DNA of 14,397 bases from an uncultured archaeon (GTDB lineage: Archaea > Altiarchaeota > Altiarchaeia > IMC4 > SCGC-AAA252-I15). Shown one piece after another: positions 1 to 6,578 of the stretch (the first letter of the stretch is position 1; every line of letters begins with the position of its first letter). The stretch spans positions 1 to 14,397 of the forward strand of contig CAZPLO010000029.1 of assembly GCA_964587725.1 (NCBI GenBank). The letters run 5' to 3'. A program made the position numbers and the translations under genes. The notes beneath the pieces were generated by a model. The model did no database searches. It was not told the origin of the DNA and saw only the letters and a list, made by a program, of their open reading frames with translations.

Positions 1-63
1 CCGCCCCTGGGGACTCATCCTGAAGAACCTCTCGAGAAGGTCCGAAAGGCGTTTCCACCGCAA
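1..63 (-). CDS. Possible N-terminus of a gene running off the left edge (MRWKRLSDLLERFFRMSPQGR...)
   Basis: TTG start at 63-61, preceded by SD-like GAGGTG (77-72, minus strand) and TATA-like ATTTATAA (154-147). The frame is open to the window edge but only 21 codons are visible. The region could instead be a structured RNA. Confidence 0.3.
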   Translation of the reverse strand, partial: MRWKRLSDLLERFFRMSPQGR

Positions 64-157
64 TGTAGCCGCACCTCTTGACGCCCCCGTTCATTTGGTC
101 GCGGAGGCCTTCGCAGGCGGGCGTTTAGTATAAGGGGAGGGGCAGGTTATAAATCAG

Positions 158-266
158 AGATTTCCACAGGTCTATTGACCGGTGGTGTTGGCCAGTGGAA
201 ATCTACTATCAAGAACCGCCTTAAAAGTATATCATACCGCCGGTCTATGACCGGCGGTTCTTGATA
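158..266. repeat. Two adjacent inverted-repeat units sharing an imperfect direct repeat
   Basis: AGATTTCCAC (158-167)/GTGGAAATCT (195-204). TATCAAGAACCGCC (207-220)/GGCGGTTCTTGATA (253-266). Nested ACCGCCGGTC-TAT-GACCGGCGGT (236-258). GGTCTAT(T)GACCGGYGGT occurs at ~169 and ~242. Confidence 0.8.
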
Positions 267-270
267 CAGC

Positions 271-1479
271 CTATTTGCCCCTGTAAACCTTTAGCGCGCA
301 GTATTCGCCGCACATCGTGCATTCCCCGCCTTCATCGGGTTTCTTGAACCGTTCCTTCACCGTCGGGTCCAGGGCAAGCTGGAACATCCGGTCCCAGTCG
401 AGGCGGTGTCGGGCCTCGCTCATATCATCATCCCTTTTGGTTCTGCCGAGCTTTACTATGTCGGCTGCGTGAGCCGCAATCTTCGACGCGATGACGCCGT
501 CTCTGACGTCGTCTACGTCCGGCAGACCCAGGTGCTCGCTGGGCGTCACATAACATAGGAAGTCGGCTCCGTGCATTGCCGCCATTGCGCCGCCGATGGC
601 GGAGGTTATGTGGTCGTATCCGACGGCTATGTCCGTCACCAGCGGCCCCAGCACGTAGAAGGGGGCGTTGTGGCATATCCTCTTCTGCAATTCCATGTTC
701 TCCCTTATCTGGTCCAATGGCACGTGGCCGGGGCCTTCGACGATAACCTTCACGCCCCTCTCCCAAGCCCGTTTGGTGAGTTCCCCCAGCTTCTTCAGCT
801 CATGCAGCTGCGCCTCGTCCGTGGCGTCATGGATGCTGCCCGGTCGGAGGGCGTCGCCTAGGCTGACGGTGACATCATATTCTGCCAACACGTCGAGTAT
901 GCTGTCGAATCCAGTGTACAGGGGGTTCTCATCCCGGTTCTTGGCCATCCATGCTGCGAGGAAGCATCCTCCTCTGCTGGTGACGGGTATGATTCTCTTG
1001 CCGGCGTGTTTCACACCCTCCTGTGTGACGCCCGCGTGGATGGTCATGAAGTCGACGCCTTCTTTGCACTGGCGTTCAATCTCCCGGAGGTAGTCTTCGA
1101 GGGTGAAGTCGAGTTTCTTTTCCGCGAACAACGGGTATATGGGCACCGTCCCCAGTGGTATGTCTGTTTTCTCCAGTATCATCTTCCGCGTGGGTGCGGT
1201 GTCTTCTCCGACGCTCAAGTCCATGAGGGTGTCCGCGCCGACTTCGCACGCCACCCGCGCCTTCAGCAGTTCCTCGTCTATGCCGCTTTTGTCTGGTGAA
1301 AAACCTATGTTGGCGTTGACTTTCGTGGTCACGCCGGCTCCTATGGCCAGCGGCTTAATATCTCTCCTGGGGTTCCGCACCAGCACCAGGCTCCCATCCT
1401 TTATCCTGCCCTCTAGCTTCCTCCGTGGAACGCCCTCTTTCTCTGCTGTGTAGTCTAAAGAGTCCATGGTTTCTGGCAA
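271..1479 (-). CDS. thiC: Phosphomethylpyrimidine synthase ThiC (short archaeal form; radical SAM)
   Basis: Motifs KVNANIG, GADTLMDLS, GTVPIY, EGPGHVP, YVTPSEHLGLP and C-terminal CTMCGEYC Fe-S ligands. Start is TTG 1479 or ATG 1467. The ThiC paralogue family BzaA/B/F cannot be fully excluded by eye. Confidence 0.93.
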   Translation of the reverse strand: MPETMDSLDYTAEKEGVPRRKLEGRIKDGSLVLVRNPRRDIKPLAIGAGVTTKVNANIGFSPDKSGIDEELLKARVACEVGADTLMDLSVGEDTAPTRKMILEKTDIPLGTVPIYPLFAEKKLDFTLEDYLREIERQCKEGVDFMTIHAGVTQEGVKHAGKRIIPVTSRGGCFLAAWMAKNRDENPLYTGFDSILDVLAEYDVTVSLGDALRPGSIHDATDEAQLHELKKLGELTKRAWERGVKVIVEGPGHVPLDQIRENMELQKRICHNAPFYVLGPLVTDIAVGYDHITSAIGGAMAAMHGADFLCYVTPSEHLGLPDVDDVRDGVIASKIAAHAADIVKLGRTKRDDDMSEARHRLDWDRMFQLALDPTVKERFKKPDEGGECTMCGEYCALKVYRGK

Positions 1480-1516
1480 CCATATGTATTAGGCGACCAT
1501 ATAATAAACGTTGACC

Positions 1517-2491
1517 TTAACCGCGTTTTCTGAATTCTCTCTCGAGATTTTGGAGTCTGGTGCCTGCGTTGTCTCCCGACTCTAATGCATTCTTCAGGAA
1601 TCTGCGGCCTTCTCCCTCCCCCAACGCATTTATCACGCCTTCGACTATGGCTTTCCGGGAGTATATTTCATCCGGCTCCAACCATCCCTCGGACGATCCG
1701 TCGATTCCCTCGTCATAGGGGGCCACCTCCATGTAGAAGAGGAACTCCTCCAACAGTTTTCTTGGAGTATACTTCCGTATGCTTCCCGTGTCTATAAGCT
1801 TCACATTAACCTTGTCTCCCTCCTCGAAGACTCTGAAATTGTCTTCATGCGGGTCTGAGATGAAGTACCCTCCTGTTTTAGACCAGAAGTCGACCATTTT
1901 TCTAACAACCTCCGTTTCAACGCCTTCGACTTTGTCCCCGTGCATTTCACGTATGAAGTCTCCCAGGTTCTCGCCGCCAACGTACTCCTGCGTCAGCACT
2001 ATCCTCCCGTCGTCCATGGCCCATACGCCCCCTATCTTGGACCCTAGGAGTTCGGTGGCGCTGACTTTCCTGCCCGTGTACTGGTGTATGTTCCCTGAAA
2101 TCGGTTGAACAGTGTTGGTCATTTTAGCGACGAAGTCGGGCAGCCCCCTTCCGTCTCTTGTTTCAGGGGAGACCCTGTAGGCGGTCCTGTATTGTCCAAT
2201 CGGGTAGAGTGCGTTGAACCTCAGGGTTTTGATGTCGTCAAGTCCCACATCAAGCCCGTGAACCCTCTTGTAGGTGGCTTCAACCAGGTTTGAACTGTTG
2301 ACCACTCTGGTCAATCCTTCGATGTCCCTGGTGTTCGGTTGTTTATCAAACACGCACTCCACGCCCCCGCGGTGAACCCTTTTATCGGTTGTTCCGCGGA
2401 CTTTGACCAAATCCAGCAGCCGGTCGAGGCTTGCGCGCATCCGCTGGTAGTCCGTGTCCAGGCTAAATTTTTCCGGCCCCCGGGACTCCAT
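1517..2491 (-). CDS. Atypical protein-kinase-like (PKL fold) protein
   Basis: Ordered kinase-like motifs: IGQYRTAY (degenerate Gly loop), FVAK (VAIK Lys), LTQEYVGG (hinge), SDPHEDN (catalytic DxxxxN loop, similar to ABC1/UbiB DPHxGN) and LIDTG (DFG-equivalent). TATA-like TATATATA at 2519-2526 lies upstream. Confidence 0.75.
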   Translation of the reverse strand: MESRGPEKFSLDTDYQRMRASLDRLLDLVKVRGTTDKRVHRGGVECVFDKQPNTRDIEGLTRVVNSSNLVEATYKRVHGLDVGLDDIKTLRFNALYPIGQYRTAYRVSPETRDGRGLPDFVAKMTNTVQPISGNIHQYTGRKVSATELLGSKIGGVWAMDDGRIVLTQEYVGGENLGDFIREMHGDKVEGVETEVVRKMVDFWSKTGGYFISDPHEDNFRVFEEGDKVNVKLIDTGSIRKYTPRKLLEEFLFYMEVAPYDEGIDGSSEGWLEPDEIYSRKAIVEGVINALGEGEGRRFLKNALESGDNAGTRLQNLEREFRKRG

Positions 2492-2498
2492 TATATCC

Positions 2499-2526
2499 TA
2501 TATAAAACACTACCTCCGTATATATA
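2499..2526. promoter_or_regulatory. Divergent TATA boxes for tRNA-Arg (+) and the kinase gene (-)
   Basis: TATATAAAA at 2499-2507 is ~36 nt before the tRNA. TATATATA at 2519-2526 is ~28 nt before the kinase ATG at 2491. Confidence 0.55.
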
Positions 2527-2542
2527 CACTCTAAAAACATTT

Positions 2543-2616
2543 GCCCTCGTGGGGTAGCCTGGATATCCTACAAGGTTGCGGACCTTGGGACCCGGATTCG
2601 AATTCCGGCGGGGGCA
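2543..2616 (+). tRNA. tRNA-Arg (anticodon GCG), no intron, CCA not encoded
   Basis: Acceptor stem GCCCTCG/CGGGGGC with discriminator A2616. D arm GGGTAGCCTGGATATCCT with A20. Anticodon arm CAAGG-TTGCGGA-CCTTG. T arm CCGGA-TTCGAAT-TCCGG. Confidence 0.96.
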
Positions 2617-2632
2617 TTGTTTCTGATTCCAC

Positions 2633-2673
2633 GCCGGATCAGGTGAGACTTGTTGTCTCGCGGTTGTTCCGGC
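2633..2673. terminator. Hairpin between the convergent tRNA and membrane-protein gene
   Basis: GCCGGA (2633-2638)/TCCGGC (2668-2673) enclosing GTGAGAC (2643-2649)/GTCTCGC (2655-2661). The function is inferred from position only. Confidence 0.3.
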
Positions 2674-2689
2674 TGAGCATCATACTCTT

Positions 2690-3022
2690 TTACACGGCTT
2701 CTGTGTTGTCCGCTGGTTTTTCCATGTCTATTTCTGTGTCTACGTACCAGCAGCAGCCTCTGAGGCTGTAGCCCTGCCCCCTTTTTTTCCTGACTGCAAG
2801 GTATGCCTCCAGTATAGTTATGCTGAACAGCAGTATGAACGGCAGGAGGTCGAATGCGACGTAGAAGAACCCTATGACTGTGTTGTCCGGGGGATAGTAG
2901 GCGCGGAGCAGCACGGCCGCGATATACAGTAGGGCGAGGGCTACTGCGAGGGCGAGGAACCTTCGCATATTCAGCCTGATTTTTATTCTCCCATCCTCCT
3001 CCGATACGTCGTGCACCAGCAT
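2690..3022 (-). CDS. Hypothetical membrane protein (2 predicted TM helices)
   Basis: Hydrophobic segments FLALAVALALLYIAAVLL and IGFFYVAFDLLPFILLFSITILEAYLAV. GGAGG SD lies upstream of the ATG. It sits 3 nt downstream of the Zn-finger gene, so the two are probably an operon. Confidence 0.7.
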   Translation of the reverse strand: MLVHDVSEEDGRIKIRLNMRRFLALAVALALLYIAAVLLRAYYPPDNTVIGFFYVAFDLLPFILLFSITILEAYLAVRKKRGQGYSLRGCCWYVDTEIDMEKPADNTEAV

Positions 3023-3025
3023 CGT

Positions 3026-3229
3026 TCAGCCCTCCGGTTCGGGGCAGGACATGTCCTCGCATCTCATGCAGACGGGGTGGACGTTGCCCTGGGTTATGGC
3101 CTTCGCCCAGCCGCCGCAGTATACGCAGCGTGCGAAACCTTTTTTAATGTACCAGCTGTCCGGTCTAGGGCGTATCTGCCTCACCTGTTTACTTGGTTGA
3201 GATAGCAATCTGCTGAGTCCCTCGAACAT
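3026..3229 (-). CDS. Small putative Zn-finger protein (CxxC...CxxC)
   Basis: CVYC-x15-CMRC. ATG at 3229 with upstream GGTGG and a TATA-like TTATATA at 3270-3264 is preferred over the ORF-track start at 3250. Confidence 0.6.
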   Translation of the reverse strand: MFEGLSRLLSQPSKQVRQIRPRPDSWYIKKGFARCVYCGGWAKAITQGNVHPVCMRCEDMSCPEPEG

Positions 3230-3281
3230 ACCTAACCACCCATTAAACAATGTATGTGTGGGGTATATAAGCTTGCAGAGT

Positions 3282-3890
3282 CTAGGATGTCGGCCACAGG
3301 GTGATGCTGCGCGCCACCAGCGTGTTCGGAGTCTCTAGCTTAATCACTGTCTTGGGGCCGTTTGCGGGTATAATCAGTATTTTAACGCTTTCGTCCTCCC
3401 TTATGCCGCCGCCGACTTTAACCGCTATTTTGGCGACGTCTCCGAGGTTGAGGTAGCCTGCCTCGTAGTATGTGCCTTCCTTGAGGTAGTAGACGTTGTA
3501 GAAGCTGGAGGTGGCTGCGTTGCATTCGCTGGCGCACGAGGTGTTGTAGAGTGTGGTCTGGCTGTATCTGCCGGTTTCAACGTATATCAGGGTGTTGTTG
3601 AAGGGTGTGGTTATGGTCCCCGGAAGCAGCCGCACCATTATGTGGATGTCGTCCACTACGTGGGGGGTTGGGCTGGAGACGTCCGCCCCCGTGCCTATGA
3701 CGCTGACCGCCTCCATGCCGGACACAACATTCTGTTTACCCTCCTGGCCTTTGCGGATGCTCTTCTGCTGCAGGCTGCCGCCGGATGTCAGCAGTATTAT
3801 CCCCGTCACCGCGCTCACCAACAGTATGGCTGTGACTATGATGAGGGCTCCGATGCCCATTATGCCTTTGGAGGAAGATGCAGTCATCAT
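3282..3890 (-). CDS. flaB: Archaellin (archaeal flagellin, ArlB/FlaB family)
   Basis: Class III signal peptide ...SSKG|IMGIGALIIVTAILLVSAVTG followed by LQQKS. Body motifs VRLLPG, LNLGDVAKI and IIPANG..T.I...TP are typical of archaellins. N-glycosylation sequons NNT and NTS are present. Confidence 0.85.
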   Translation of the reverse strand: MMTASSSKGIMGIGALIIVTAILLVSAVTGIILLTSGGSLQQKSIRKGQEGKQNVVSGMEAVSVIGTGADVSSPTPHVVDDIHIMVRLLPGTITTPFNNTLIYVETGRYSQTTLYNTSCASECNAATSSFYNVYYLKEGTYYEAGYLNLGDVAKIAVKVGGGIREDESVKILIIPANGPKTVIKLETPNTLVARSITLWPTS

Positions 3891-3926
3891 TCAATTTATC
3901 TGCGTCGGCGTTTAAATAAAACCGGG

Positions 3927-4079
3927 ATGGATGACGACGGCATGCAATGGGCCGACGTGCAGTTGGAGGAGCATTCCGACGAGGGTTTGCGTGGGAAACT
4001 TAAGTATGTGGCTGCGTTCTGGGATGAGGCTCTGGTGCTGTTGGTTCTCCTGTATCTTGCCTACCGGTTGCTGAACTAG
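3927..4079 (+). CDS. Small (50 aa) acidic protein with C-terminal TM helix
   Basis: MDDDGMQWADVQLEEHSDEG...ALVLLVLLYLAYRLLN. ATG at 3927 follows an AT-rich divergent intergenic region. The longer ORF-track version overlaps the archaellin antisense and is rejected. Confidence 0.5.
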   Translation: MDDDGMQWADVQLEEHSDEGLRGKLKYVAAFWDEALVLLVLLYLAYRLLN

Positions 4080-4351
4080 CCCTTACCCTCGCGTATCTTG
4101 CATTCCTGTATGAACTCCTGGAGTTCGGTGTTGTTCAAGTCCAAGTCCGCTATGTCCTCCTTCAGCAACCTGATGGACTCGTGCAGTTCCATGTGCAGCG
4201 TCCTCAGCTCGGCTATGTTCTCCTTCAGCAGACGGCCCTCCAACCCTATGCTCTTCATGTGGGCTAGGATTACTATGAGAATCAGGAGTTCGATGGTGAC
4301 AAGTATCAGCTCGACGGAGACGACGATGGTTTCGGTGAGGATTAAATCCAT
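4076..4351 (-). CDS. Hypothetical protein, N-terminal TM helix plus coiled coil
   Basis: Hydrophobic N-terminus with regularly spaced Glu. Repeated heptad segments RLLKENIAEL and RLLKEDIADL. TTTAATATA lies ~27-35 nt upstream of the ATG. Confidence 0.65.
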   Translation of the reverse strand: MDLILTETIVVSVELILVTIELLILIVILAHMKSIGLEGRLLKENIAELRTLHMELHESIRLLKEDIADLDLNNTELQEFIQECKIREGKG

Positions 4352-4388
4352 TTCATCCGTTGAAATATTACCCTGGAGTATATTAAAG

Positions 4389-4868
4389 TCATTCCCTGAC
4401 CATCCGTGCGTCCATGGAGGCAGTGAGGTTCTGGGGTATCACGCAGCTGATGAGCTGGCTGAAGGAGCAGTCGCGTATGCCGGACTGCACATACAGGCAG
4501 ACGTCTCCCTCCACCTTGGAGTGGCGTTCATCGTATCCTCCGGAGGGGTTGGCGAGAACGTATTCTACGGTTGCCTTAATCCACCCCCTCGACCACTCCC
4601 GGGTTGTTTTGCTCTGGCATACTGTCTCCACCATCTCGCTGGAGGTTATGTTGTCCCTGCACACGTAGTATGTCTGGGTGGTGGTCGTGGATGTCGTCGT
4701 CGTTGTAGTGGTGGTGGTCGTGGATGTCGTCGTAGTCGTGGATGTGGTAGTGGTGGTGTGCGTCAACGCAGGCTCCAGAATCAGTCCGGCGGTGACTCCG
4801 CCGGCTATTAGAGCCGCAGACCCCAGAAACAAAACAGACGCTACCTTAAATCGGACGTCATCAACCAT
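4389..4868 (-). CDS. Membrane-anchored or secreted protein with poly-Thr linker and small Cys-containing domain
   Basis: N-terminal hydrophobic helix, then a Thr/Ser run of about 27 residues, then a domain with 5 Cys. Confidence 0.7.
   Translation of the reverse strand: MVDDVRFKVASVLFLGSAALIAGGVTAGLILEPALTHTTTTTSTTTTTSTTTTTTTTTTSTTTTQTYYVCRDNITSSEMVETVCQSKTTREWSRGWIKATVEYVLANPSGGYDERHSKVEGDVCLYVQSGIRDCSFSQLISCVIPQNLTASMDARMVRE
4677..4733. repeat. 24-nt perfect direct repeat within the Thr-codon tract
   Basis: GGTGGTGGTCGTGGATGTCGTCGT at 4677-4700 and 4710-4733 (33-nt offset, in frame). Confidence 0.8.
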
Positions 4869-4896
4869 ATGATGTTATTGGATGCCGCGGTTAAAT

Positions 4897-5142
4897 TCAT
4901 GGCAAACGGGTCATCTTTTCACCCGTCAATAGGGTGTCGAGGTTGAAGTCGGACCCCATCAGATAAGTCAACGCTAAGTAGATGAGCACGAGAACGGCCA
5001 ACACCGTCATGGCGGAAATCAGCGTCGACTTCCACCCTGACTTCTCCTTGACGACCTCCGTGGTCTGCTTCCCTCCAGTTTCCTCTGGCTCTGCACTCTG
5101 CCCCTCCTCAACACCCTCAGGTGTCTTCTCGGCTTCGGCCAT
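4897..5142 (-). CDS. Small single-pass membrane protein with acidic N-terminal tail
   Basis: Glu-rich N-terminus, TM segment LISAMTVLAVLVLIYLALTYLM, and TTTTATAT (5170-5163) upstream of the ATG. Confidence 0.65.
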   Translation of the reverse strand: MAEAEKTPEGVEEGQSAEPEETGGKQTTEVVKEKSGWKSTLISAMTVLAVLVLIYLALTYLMGSDFNLDTLLTGEKMTRLP

Positions 5143-5175
5143 GTTAATGATTCGCCCCCCGCATATAAAAACCGG

Positions 5176-5925
5176 CTACGGCGTGCATGTTCCGCGGAAG
5201 AACTCTTCCGCCGGGCATTCCCCGCCTCTGCCGAACACGCAGAAGCCGTACGTGTATCCCCCAACCGTCCGTTCAACGTAGACGTACCCCCTTCTCTCAC
5301 AGTATTCTGCCGCTGCGTCTCCGACGTACCTGGACGTCAGGGTTGTAGTGGTTGTTACGGGACAGTCCCCTATCCTATATCCTGTTACGGACTCCGTCAG
5401 GGAGCCGTAGGTGCACGCCAGGCAGGGGTTCCTGAACGACCGCCACTTGACTGTCTCAACGGTATCGTTGCCGACCTCCACTTTGGCGCATACTGGACTA
5501 TACTCCTGCGTGCACACCAGTCCAGTGTAGTATCCTGCGCAGTCCGTGAGGTTGCCGGTGTCTGGTCCGCACCTGCCCTGTAGGTATGCTTCGGCCTCGC
5601 ACCATCCGTCGGGGAAAACACATGCGACATAGGTTATCCCGGTGGGCTGTTTCATCGTCACAGGCTCATAGCCGTCGCGCATGCAGTGGAGTGCGGCTTC
5701 GCCGGTCATCGTCGTGTTCATGCACCGTCCGCCTTCACAGTAGTACCTGATGCCGGATAAAGGGTTTTTTGGGAGGCAGTCTCCGTCTGAGACGCATTCG
5801 ACCGCGGCCTCGGTGGATGTTGTTGTGGACGTTGTCGTAGTGTATGTTGTGGTCGTCGGTGTTTCTCCGTTCCCTACGCACCCCGTCAGCAGAAGCAACG
5901 CCGCTAGCATGGTCTGAACGCGCAT
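5176..5925 (-). CDS. Lipoprotein with two DUF333-like domains, a Kazal-like module and Thr linkers
   Basis: Lipobox LLLTGC. DUF333-like segments HC..DG...ACVFPDGWCEAEAYLQGRC and YCERRG...GFCVFGRGGECPAEEFFRGTC. Kazal-like CTQEYSPVCA...FRNPCLAC. CVSDGDC motif. Confidence 0.8.
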   Translation of the reverse strand: MRVQTMLAALLLLTGCVGNGETPTTTTYTTTTSTTTSTEAAVECVSDGDCLPKNPLSGIRYYCEGGRCMNTTMTGEAALHCMRDGYEPVTMKQPTGITYVACVFPDGWCEAEAYLQGRCGPDTGNLTDCAGYYTGLVCTQEYSPVCAKVEVGNDTVETVKWRSFRNPCLACTYGSLTESVTGYRIGDCPVTTTTTLTSRYVGDAAAEYCERRGYVYVERTVGGYTYGFCVFGRGGECPAEEFFRGTCTP

Positions 5926-5978
5926 GGTAAGTATTTGGCGGCGTGTTTTTTAACCGCGTAAACCTTTTTTTTCATACC

Positions 5979-6578
5979 ATGAAGGCCAACTGGGTTGAGA
6001 AGCTTGTGCTCAACAACCTGTTCTGGGCTGCGGTGCAGCGGAGGGTTATAGCACCTTTCTGGGGGCGCAGCATACAGTTGCCCCAGAATCCACTGCTTCT
6101 GGAGATAGGATGCGGCAGAGGCTCTGGTGCGGTGATTCTCGTGGACCGGTTCAGTCCCTCAAGGGTGGATGCGTTGGACGTGGACGAGGATATGTTGAAG
6201 AGGGCTGAAGAGCATGTTCCCTCGTCCTACAGGGACAGGATACATCTTGTGCTCGGCGACGTCACCGATGTGCCGGCGGAAGACGCGTCATATGATGCAG
6301 TATTCGACTTCTTCACCCTCCAGCACGTCGGCGACTGGCGTAAGGGTTTGTCGGAGGTGTCGAGGGTACTGAAGCCCGGGGGTTTTTTCGCGTTCGCGGA
6401 ATCCTACGGCAGCACACTCCACATGTATCCCCTCCGCCACATACTGACGGGGCCGGAAGGGCGTTTCGAACGAGCGGACCTGGTCAAGGCGTTTGGCGAA
6501 GAGGGGTTGAGGCTCATGGAGGGCGGCCACAGCATGTGGGGGCGCGGCATCGTCGGAGTGGCGAGGAAGAATCAGTAG
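5979..6578 (+). CDS. Class I SAM-dependent methyltransferase
   Basis: Motif I LLEIGCGRG, acidic ALDVD, GDV, YDAVF and RVLKPGG. ATG at 5979 is preferred over GTG 5943. Confidence 0.9.
   Translation: MKANWVEKLVLNNLFWAAVQRRVIAPFWGRSIQLPQNPLLLEIGCGRGSGAVILVDRFSPSRVDALDVDEDMLKRAEEHVPSSYRDRIHLVLGDVTDVPAEDASYDAVFDFFTLQHVGDWRKGLSEVSRVLKPGGFFAFAESYGSTLHMYPLRHILTGPEGRFERADLVKAFGEEGLRLMEGGHSMWGRGIVGVARKNQ

Noticed and set aside
158-266. CRISPR mini-array
   Set aside because: Only two imperfect copies, embedded in palindromes, with no regular repeat-spacer period and no cas genes.
1480-1516. TPP riboswitch upstream of thiC
   Set aside because: Only ~37 nt of intergenic space, AT-rich and TATA-like, with no UGAGA aptamer core. 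None is visible downstream of thiC either.
2637-2684. C/D-box sRNA on the minus strand (AUGAUGC ... CUGA)
   Set aside because: The box C is imperfect and there are no convincing D'/C' boxes; it may be chance.
2541-3062. ORFs 2541..2771 (+) and 2568..3062 (-)
   Set aside because: They overlap the tRNA and the better-supported membrane protein gene.
2543-5925. Integrated mobile element at tRNA-Arg
   Set aside because: No integrase and no duplicated tRNA 3' end (att site) were seen in the window.
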